The position numbers and the translations under genes were made by a program. Shown piece after piece: positions 54,834 through 64,000 of a stretch of 64,000 nt of DNA. A model generated the notes under the pieces. That model did not search any database, had not been told where the DNA came from, and was given only the letters and a program-made list of their open reading frames with translations. The first letter of the stretch is position 1. Each line of letters opens with the position of its first letter. The DNA comes from Octopus vulgaris. Its lineage: Eukaryota. The stretch spans positions 9,672,001 to 9,736,000 of the forward strand of contig OX597819.1 of NCBI GenBank assembly GCA_951406725.2, written 5' to 3'.

Positions 54834-55071
54834 AAAAAATAACGAATCCACACGACTCAGATTAGCTACATACGCGTTTCGAGATTAAAGTAAAGTTATA
54901 TTTACTTACTTATTTCTCATCTTCAGCGCAGCATTTCGAAATATAAATTTGAGAGTGTTAGGATTAAATATGTACGCGATCAAAGGCCATGAGAAATAAG
55001 TAAATATAACTTTACTTTAATCTCGAAACGCCTATGTAGCTAATCTGAGTCGTGTGGATCCGTTATTTTTT
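54834..55071. mobile_element. Fold-back element 2 (about 85 bp inverted arms, carries a hammerhead)
   Basis: Arms 54834-54920 and 54989-55071 are near-perfect reverse complements; the right arm is truncated within the ribozyme core. Confidence 0.85.
54865..54932 (-). ncRNA. Type I hammerhead ribozyme (minimal, Penelope-type)
   Basis: Minus strand: gctgcg-CTGAAGA-t-gaga...tctc-GAAA-CGCG-TA-tgtagc; stems I and II pair; palindromic CGCG in stem III. Confidence 0.8.
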
Positions 55072-55225
55072 ATTTTTTCCCTACGTAAAAAAGTGCGTTG
55101 CTTTCTGGGAGATCTTACGTGCTAGTAGAAAAGGCATTTTAGCTTCTATTTCTAAATTCGGTGCGTGGTGAAGCAATTAGCTGAACCCTGATTATAATTA
55201 TGTTTATAAATATAGAATATTTGTC

Positions 55226-55293
<68 letters not shown>

Positions 55294-55411
55294 CTAGAGA
55301 GAGAGAGAGAGAGACAGAGACAGACAGATAGACAGACAGAGAGTGTGTGTGAAGGCACATGGTTCAGTATTTAGTGCGTCGAGCTTACGAACGTAAGGTT
55401 GTGAATAGAAT

Positions 55412-55489
<78 letters not shown>

Positions 55490-55495
<6 letters not shown>

Positions 55496-55929
55496 GTTTA
55501 AGAGATAGATCCACCTTCAAGCAACTCAAACAACATTGAACGACATTATCTATGATAGAGATATATAAGATTAAATTTTATCAAATTAATCTCTACATAT
55601 GTTCTTTATTTAGTAATGAATAATTATTTCGACGATTTCTAGTTGTATATTTTTGATTGTCATGTCTTTATATAGGATGTAAATAGTAAAAGAGTTTTAT
55701 ATAATCCAGACCTGAAGATTGGCAGTATAGTCGGATTGATCTATTTCAGCAATACTGATAGATATATTGTCAAGAAACGCGCGTTGTCTATATAATTTAA
55801 TATATGACTCAGAATAGTAATTGTAGTGATTAATTTTATAAAATTTAATTTTATATATCTCTATCATAGATAATGTCGTTCAATATTGTTTGAGTTGCTT
55901 GAAGGTGGTTCTGTCTCATAAACCTATCT
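55490..55929. mobile_element. Fold-back element 3 (about 108 bp arms, hammerhead in the spacer)
   Basis: Arms 55490-55597 and 55822-55929; abuts (GATA)n. Confidence 0.85.
55697..55795 (+). ncRNA. Type I hammerhead ribozyme with possible pseudoknot
   Basis: ttatat(aatcc)agac-CTGAAGA-ttggcagtat...atattgtcaa-GAAA-CGCGCG-TT-gtctatataa; 10-bp stem II; the stem I bulge aatcc is complementary to ggatt in the stem II internal loop. Confidence 0.85.
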
Positions 55930-56157
55930 GTATATATATGTATATGATACAGCGAGAAATTCGTTTTAGTACCACTAAATTGAATTTCTCTCCCCTGTGA
56001 ACTCGAAAATAACTTCTTTAATATCAATAATTATATAAATATACATATATATATACATACATATATATATATATATATACACATACACATATACATACAT
56101 ATATACATACATGTATATATACATATATATATATACATATATATGCATATATATATA

Positions 56158-56209
<52 letters not shown>

Positions 56210-56222
56210 CATATATATACAT

Positions 56223-56995
56223 ATTTAATTGAACAATGCAATCATTACATCAAATTAAAATGCAGAGCAATCTTCAGCTGCGCAAAGACATAAAATTTAA
56301 TTAAATTAGAACAGATGGATACATTAGTATAATTATACCTAACATCTCCAAGAAGTTAAGGAGATAGACAAAGAACATGCTGTTCTTACTCCAGCATAGA
56401 AGTTACTAAGCTTTTCAAGAAGATATACATTGTTACAGACTCTACTTGTCATTGAGGTTTTTTTTTTGTTTTTATAGGGTCAGTTTTAATTTATAGACTA
56501 GTTTATCAAAACCCTTCTATATCTAAGGCTGAGAGAACAGAGTGCAGTATCTGTTAGGGGTAGGGCTGAGCGAGCAGGCAGACATCATAGTTGGTATAGT
56601 TATAAAAATCAAGATTTATTAGAAGTAATATCATGAGGTTTGGTAAAGGAAAAATTAAAACAAGATGCTAGCTGACAATTAAGGGGGTCGCCCACTAGCA
56701 GACAATTGATAATGAAACAGGGGAAGTCTTATCATGTAGTACTATAGTTAAATATTTTAAACAATGTTGCTATATTGTATACAGTTAAAGTTTAGGATTA
56801 TTCAGAGGATTATGTTCTTTGTCTATCTCCTTAGCTTCTTGGAGATTTTAGGTATAATTAAACTAATGTGTCCATCTATTCTAATTTAATTAGATTCTAT
56901 GTGTTTGTGCAAGCTGAAGATTGCTCTGCATTTTAAATTCATGTAATGATTGCATTGTTCAATTAAATGGAGTTACTTGAAACGATCGTACTGCA
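56223..56995. mobile_element. Fold-back element 4 (about 156 bp arms, hammerhead at the right end)
   Basis: Arms 56223-56378 and 56812-56968; flanked by (TA)n on both sides. Confidence 0.85.
56908..56995 (+). ncRNA. Type I hammerhead ribozyme
   Basis: tgcaag-CTGAAGA-ttgctctgcattt...aaatggagttactt-GAAA-CGATCG-TA-ctgca; palindromic stem III; stem II imperfect at its base. Confidence 0.7.
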
Positions 56996-57003
56996 TTACC
57001 TCT

Positions 57004-57071
<68 letters not shown>

Positions 57072-57074
57072 GTC

Positions 57075-57466
57075 ACTCTTTACTCTTTTACTGGATTCAG
57101 TCGTTTTACTGCGGCATGCTGGAGTACCGCCTTCAGTCGAGCAAGTTGCCCCCAGGACTTATTCTTTGTAAGTCTGGTACTTATTCGATCGATCTCTTTT
57201 GTAGAACCGCTAATTTACGGGGTCGTAAACACACCAACATCGGTTGTCAAGCGATGTCGGGGGGACAAACACAGACACACAAACATATACACTCACACAT
57301 GCACATACATATATAAACATATATACGACGGGTTTCTTTCTGTTTCCCTCTACCAAATCCACTCACAAGGCATTGGTCGGTACGAGGCTATAGTAGAAGA
57401 CACTTGCCCAAAGTAGCACGCAGTGGGACCGAACCCGTGTTTGGTAAGCAAGCTACTTACCACACA
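57075..57466 (-). mobile_element. SINE family B
   Basis: Family match. Confidence 0.8.
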
Positions 57467-57511
<45 letters not shown>

Positions 57512-57951
57512 TATACATATATACATATATAAATAATACATATATATACATATATTTATGTACACATATATATACATATATATATATATATACATACATA
57601 TATATATACATATATATATACATATATATACATACATATATATATACATATATATATATACATATATATATATACATATAAATGTATATATATACATATA
57701 AATATATATATATACATATAAATATATATATATATACACACATAAATATATATACACACATCTAAATATATGTATATAAATATATATATACATATATATA
57801 TACATATATATATATATATACATATAAATATATATATGTATATACACATAAATATATATATATATACATATAAATATATATATACACATAAATATATATA
57901 CACACATCTAAATATATGTATATAAATATATATATACATATATGAATATAT

Positions 57952-57988
<37 letters not shown>

Positions 57989-58190
57989 AATATATATATA
58001 TATATATACATATAAATATATATATATATATATATATACATATAGATACACATATATACATATATATATGCTTATATATACATATATATATACGCTTATA
58101 TATATATATACACACATATATATGCTTACATATATATATACATATATATATGCTTATATATACGCATATATATATATGTATGTATGTATG

Positions 58191-58224
<34 letters not shown>

Positions 58225-58245
58225 TGTATGTATGTATGTATGTAT
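57467..58245. repeat. Long degenerate (TA)n array with an internal duplication
   Basis: cacacatctaaatatatgtatataaata recurs near 57755 and 57901. Confidence 0.9.
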
Positions 58246-58726
58246 AGGAAAATGATCTTAGCACATCTCTATTAGTTCATTGGTCTTTCAATTCTAAATT
58301 GCACTTCGTAAGACCCACACATCGGTTTTATCGGGGACGACAGAAAATATAAACAGCAATTTTTGTGCAATCATATCTTCTCTATAGTTTATTTATTAGG
58401 AATGCAGCCCTTTCTTACTGTTTTACCTCAAATCAGCTTTGTCCCATCAATCTTAAAATTAAAGGCTGTCCTGTTATGCCCATCCCATCTTTTTTCTCTA
58501 TCTAGTACTACATTCTCCAACGTATACGTTATTTTTTTAAGATGACATGAAATGATTTTAGTAGATCAAATGGCCGCGTAGAGGACCCCTTAGTTGACTC
58601 TCTGCAATATTCTGACGTCCGGGGCTTCAACACAGACATTTAAGATGCAGGTGATGACAAAGAGGTGGAACCTTGATGTTGTCATGCGACCTGTTAGAAA
58701 TAGCAGCCAATTCGTTTACAGATCAC

Positions 58727-59035
58727 GGGCAAGTGTCTTCCACTATAGCGTCGGGCCGACCAAAGCCTTGTGAGTGGATTTGGTCGGAGCCCGTCCTAAG
58801 TGAGTGTGCGTGTGGGGGGGGGGGGTATTTGTGTCTGTGTGTCCCAACCTCTCTACCGTCGCTTGACAACCGATGTTGGTGTATTCATGTCCCTGTAACT
58901 TAGCGGTTCGTCAAAAAAGACCGATAGAATAAGTACTAGACTTACAAAGAATAAGTCCTGGGGTCGATTTCTTCGACTAAAGGCCATGCTCCAGCATAGC
59001 CGCAGTCGAATGTCTGAAGCGTGTAAAAGAGTAAG
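58727..59035 (+). mobile_element. SINE family B (5'-truncated)
   Basis: Family match; other partial copies near 3755-3898, 8369-8490, 10138-10245 and 17348-17540. Confidence 0.8.
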
Positions 59036-59263
59036 AAGAAATGTACATTAGATGTAAGATGTGTCTGGTATGGCCGGAATGTCTTTGATTATGAGTTTGC
59101 TGGACAAAATAATAACTACAAAAGCGGTGCAAAAGGAAATGTTTCTAAAACGAAATAAAATTTAGCATACGTCCTCATCTCCTACCCTTTTTTTTCTTTC
59201 CGTGTTATATGACATTCCGTGTCGACGACACATCTATTCATCTTTGGATGATTATGTGGTGGT

Positions 59264-59624
59264 GGAAGCACTCCGTCGGTTACGACGATGAGGGTTCCGG
59301 ATTATCCGATCAACGGAACAGCCTGCTCGTGAAATTAACGTGTAAGTGGCTGAGCACTCCACAGACACGTGTACCCTTAACGTAGTTCTCGGGGATATTC
59401 AGCGTGACACAGAGAGTGACAAGGCCGGCCCTTTGAAATACAGGTACAACAGAAACAGGAAGTAAGAGTGAGAGAAAGTTGTGGTGAAAGAGTACAGCAG
59501 GGATCACCACCATCCCTGCCGGAGCCTCGCTCAGTAAACACTCACAACACCCGGTCTGGGAATCGAAACCGCGATCCTACGACCGCGAGTCCGCTGCCCT
59601 AACCACTGGGCCATTGCGCCTCCA
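59264..59624 (-). mobile_element. SINE family A
   Basis: Small internal deletion; TSD ttggatgattat. Confidence 0.9.
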
Positions 59625-59898
59625 TTGGATGATTATAGTAGCAAGCATTGCTAGCTACTCGCCAAACCCAACTTTATTCCGGAGAAAGGGACACCAGGTA
59701 TGGTTCCCCGTACCACTCCCACCACGGCCCGTCTCTTACGGCGCATTGTTGGCAATTCTGATAAATGATTCCAGAACGTGGTTCGTATCATATTTGTCGA
59801 TTCGATAAAGACGAAAGACAAAGGTTGGCGTTGATGGGATTTAAACACAGAGATCCAGAACAACTGCCGCGAAGCATTCTGTCCGGTGCTCAGTGAAC

Positions 59899-60236
59899 TT
59901 ACGTTGTGAGTTCAAATTCATCCTTTCATCCTTTCGTCGATAAATTAAGTACCAGTTACGCACTGGGGTCGATGTAATCGACTTAATACCTATGTCTGTC
60001 CTTGTTTGTCCCCTCTGTGTTTAGCTCCTTGTGGGTAATAAAGAAATAGAAATAGGTATTTCGTCTGTCGTTACCTTCTGAGTTCAATTTCCGCCGAGGT
60101 CGATTTGGCCTTTCATCCTCTCGGGGTCGATAAATAAAGTACCAGTTTCGCACTGGGTCGATGTAATCGACTTAATACCTTTGTCTGTCCTTGTTTGTCC
60201 CCTCTATGTTTAGCCCCTTGTGGGTAGTAAAGAAAT
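59899..60236 (+). mobile_element. SINE family C head-to-tail dimer
   Basis: Same junction agaaatagaaataggtatttcgtc as in the trimer. Confidence 0.85.
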
Positions 60237-60249
60237 ATATATATGTATG

Positions 60250-60441
60250 TTACGCGACCTACTGGTCCGTAGCTCCTTCCCTCACTTCAGCCCATTCTGG
60301 ATCCTTCCCTTGCTTCATACCCCCGTGTCACACCTGTCCATTCACCAGCAACCCCACCTCCCTCATTGGAACCAACACAATAGTAACATTCGTGACCCCT
60401 CTTGCATCTCTTCTAACATCATCTATTGCCTCAAATGTACA
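60250..60441 (+). mobile_element. Penelope-like retroelement fragment (Cys linker and start of GIY-YIG endonuclease)
   Basis: Frameshifted LRDLLVRSS / GSFPCFIPPCHTCPF / SCISSNIIYCLKC, the pattern seen before the GIY-YIG domain of PLEs. Confidence 0.75.
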
Positions 60442-60789
60442 TTTTACGACAAGGGAAAGAAATCGGTTGCTATGGTATCCGTTCCATTCTCATAGGCTTT
60501 AGCAACATAAATGCATCTGTAGTTCCTGATCTTAATTTGATCATGAATTTGGTAATAATTGTCAGCTATCGTAAATTGGTATTTACTATTCAGGTATAGC
60601 ACAGCTTGGGGGTAATTTTTAACATTTTGTCTTTTGTGACAACATAACGAGTGTAAATTATATACGAGTACATGATCATTTCAGATTAGCCCCCCCCCCC
60701 CCCCAGTTAAAAGATTACAGGAAACAGGCGTTACAGGAAATCCACTCAGCCCCATCTCCCTGAATACGACGCTAGTCTATACCTAATCA

Positions 60790-61187
60790 TCTATATATAA
60801 AAGTGAGGTTGTGTGCTGTCTGTCTCCTACGATTTAGATTCCTAACTACTCCCACATTTTGCGGTGCAGTTTAACCAAAACCGGGTATCTTATAGTCGTG
60901 ATTCATATCGAGCCCTTCTGGGTATTAGGGCGCGTCTACGATGAGTCTACGATTTACTATCATTTACTATCATTTTTTTCCATTTTAATGCATTTTTTCC
61001 GCTATTATATAAGGGAAGTAACTCTCTAAAACTGTCTACGATGAGTCAACGATTTTTTAAAAAATTTACCATCATTTTTTTCCATTTTTAATGCATTTTT
61101 TTTGCTATTTTTTTGCTATAACTCTCTAAAAATACTTATATAGTTATTTCCCTTACAAACCCGAGCAACGCCGGGCGATACTGCTAG
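60790..61187 (+). mobile_element. Non-autonomous Helitron
   Basis: A|TC...CTAG|T with hairpin. Confidence 0.85.
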
Positions 61188-61528
61188 TAGCATATACAGT
61201 AACTATGATACCTATTTCTTACATTAGGTGAGAGAAACAGCAACAATAGACACGATTGTTCCATAACTAGTTGTCTAAAATACATTAGATATTACACCAG
61301 CAATTATGAATGTTTTTCCATTTTGCTGAACATAAAATTCTGAACATAGAATTTTGAAAGATAAGCACTGTGGTTGTTTTAACCGACACCACTGTATTGT
61401 TGGCATTGAGTCTATCAGTCTGATAGGGAAGAAAATGTCAGTTCAGCTGGAATTAAAGTTGGAACAATAGGACGCTGAATTTAAAATGGCGATTCAAAGA
61501 ATCCACTTATGTGCAATATATTACGAGT

Positions 61529-61911
61529 GTGGAGGCGCAATGGCCCAGTGGTTAGGGCAGCGGACTCGCGGTCGTAGGATCGCGGTTTCGATTCCCAGAT
61601 CGGGCGTTGTGAGTGTTTATTGAGCGAAAACACCTAAAGCTCCACGAGGCTCCGGCAGGGGATGGTGGTGATCCCTGCTGTACTCTTTCACCACAACTTT
61701 CTCTCACTCTTACTTCCTGTTTCTGTTGTACCTGTATTTCAAAGGGCCGGCCTTGTCACTCTCTGTGTCACGCTGAATATCCCCGAGAACTACGTTAAGG
61801 GTACACGTGTCTGTGGAGTGCTCAGCCACTTACACGTTAATTTCACGAGCAGGCTGTTCCGTTGATCGGATCAACCGGAACCCTCGTCGTCGTAACCGAC
61901 GGAGTGCTTCC
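61529..61911 (+). mobile_element. SINE family A
   Basis: Full length; TSD tattacgagt. Confidence 0.9.
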
Positions 61912-62113
61912 TTATTACGAGTAATTATTTTGCCGTCCTCGATACGACTTGAATGCAGAAACATGAGATATATAAACAACGTAATTTTCTCCACCGAATG
62001 TCCACACTAGTCATATTTGGTTCAAATACTATACACAATGTATACAATATTGCATTCCATATATAAAAGGTCCCAGAGCGCGTACATCAACTATCATATC
62101 CTGAATGTCAATT

Positions 62114-62336
62114 ATTTACTCTTACTCTTTTACTCTTTTACTTGTTTCAGTCATTTTGACTGCGGCCATGCTGGAGCACCGCCTTTAGTCGAGCAAATCG
62201 ACCCCGGGGCTTATTCTTTTGTAAGCCCAGTACTTATTCTATCGGTCTCTTTTTGCCGAACCGCTAAGTGACGGGGACGTAAACACACCAGCATCGGTTG
62301 TTAAGCAATGCTAGGGGGACAAACACAGACACACAA

Positions 62337-62427
<91 letters not shown>

Positions 62428-62589
62428 GACAGGCTTCTTTCAGTTTCCGTCTACCAAATCCACTCACAAGGCATTGGTCGGCCCGAAACTATAGCAGAAG
62501 ACACTTGCCCAAGATGCCACGCAGTGGGACTGAACCCGCAACCGTGTGGTTGGTTAGCAAGCTACTTACCACACAGCCACTCCTGCGCC
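62114..62589 (-). mobile_element. SINE family B
   Basis: Full-length family match. Confidence 0.85.
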
Positions 62590-62666
62590 TTTGTTTATTT
62601 TAGTCGCAAAAGTCCTTTATTTTAAGGAGAAGTAAACAGTTGTTGCTTAAGACTCATTATTAATAT

Positions 62667-63071
62667 TGGTTTCAAATTTTGCCACAAGGCCAGTATTTTC
62701 GAGGGAGGAACAAGTCGATTACATCGACCTCAGTGTTCTTATTTTACAGACACCTAAAGGATGAAAGGCAAAGTCGACCTCGGTGAAATTTAAACTGTGA
62801 ACGTGAAGACGGACGAAATGCCGCTAAGCAGTTTGCCCAGCGTTGTAACGATTCTACCAGCTCGCCGCCTTAGACTGTTAATTAATATTATAGGTCCATA
62901 TAAGGCGGTGAGCTTGCAGAATCGTTAACGCAACGGGTGAGATGCTTTGTGGCATTTTGTCCCGTCTTTACAGTCTGAGTCCAAAATAAGTACCAGCTAA
63001 GTACTGGAGTCGATATATTCGACATACACCCCGCACCCGCCAAATTTTTGACCTTGTGCTAAAATCTGAAA
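62667..63071. mobile_element. Two SINE C copies head-to-head
   Basis: About 62667-62869 on minus and 62903-63071 on plus. Confidence 0.7.
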
Positions 63072-63171
63072 CGAATATTACAGGTCCATGTAGATAAAAT
63101 AGTAATTTATTGATCAGATTTCAATTTCAAACTTATCTGGGGTCAGGAATCTGTGCAATTAGAGATTATCA

Positions 63172-63471
63172 TCTTTATATATAAAAGTGAGGTTGTGTGA
63201 GTGTCTGTCTCCTACGATTTAGATTCCTAACTACTCCCACATTTTGCGGTGCAGTTTAACCAAAAGCGGGTATCTTATAGTCGTGATTCATATCGAGCCC
63301 TTCTGGGTATTAGCGCGTGTCTACGACGAGTCTACGATTTAAAAAAATTTACCATCATTTTTTCCCTTTTTTAATGCATTTTTTGCTATTATATAAGGGA
63401 AGTAACTCTCTAAAAATGCTTATATAGTTATTTCCCTTACAAACCCGAGCAACGCCGGGCGATACTGCTAG
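63172..63471 (+). mobile_element. Non-autonomous Helitron (short form)
   Basis: A|TC...CTAG|T; lacks the internal duplication. Confidence 0.85.
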
Positions 63472-64000
63472 TTATAATATAAAACACTAGGTCAATAGTT
63501 CTTATTGTTGTTAATAATGATTAGTCTCGATCGAGCACATCTTGGATCAAAAGCATTCCAGTCGTGACAATTCCTTTATTCTGTATATCTGCAACTATAT
63601 TGTCCAGTGCCCTCTCTTCTTTTTTTTAAGATATCAGGGTGTTATTCTATGAAAATTTGGCTGCTATTTCTAACGGGTGAATCGATTGCGTAGGGGATCC
63701 TCCTTTTGGCTATGGTGAGTTGTGAGAATATTGCTAAACTCCCAAGAATCCGAGAACCCTTCTCATATTCCAGTTCTATAACTAACGATTCAATACTGTT
63801 CAATGGGGTCAGCATTTCAGTACTACCGAATACAGACGAGCCCCTAGCGAGACAAGAACACGTGATTGTAGCGATTCCTCGGTTAAAGCAACTTCGCTTT
63901 ATTTATATCATTTATACTCCTAGTTAAGGGAATAATCGTCTCATAATTTCTTCTTGCCCAACTCTTATAAACTTGAGACCGTGTACGTGTCTGACTGAAT

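Noticed and set aside
56380-56810. Spacer of fold-back 4 as a PLE endonuclease C-terminus
   Set aside because: Too many stops and frameshifts to support without a profile search
51430-64000. Next coding exon of the EGF gene
   Set aside because: No phase-1 acceptor followed by a Cys-completing open frame was found by eye; it is probably beyond the window, though a small exon could have been missed

Overview
AT-rich, microsatellite-dense animal genomic DNA, most likely a cephalopod (Octopus-like SINE families; inference). One protein-coding gene is supported, on the + strand: four GT-AG coding exons joined by phase-1 introns (38247-38322 signal peptide, 41288-41902 two cadherin repeats, 47490-47744 FN3-like domain, 49889-51382 about 13 EGF repeats). 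It probably continues beyond the window. The rest is repeats: three tRNA-derived SINE families with swapped heads and tails, seven non-autonomous Helitrons, decayed DD37D (maT) and DD37E (TRT) transposons, and fragments of R4/Dong, RTE, CR1-group, HERO-like and Penelope-like retroelements. The most notable signal is a cluster of four adjacent fold-back elements at 53191-56995, downstream of the EGF exon. Three carry a type I hammerhead ribozyme motif with a palindromic stem III (Penelope pLTR type) and the fourth a degenerate one. Two of these ribozymes lie in the sense orientation of the host gene. All calls were made by eye and repeat boundaries are approximate.
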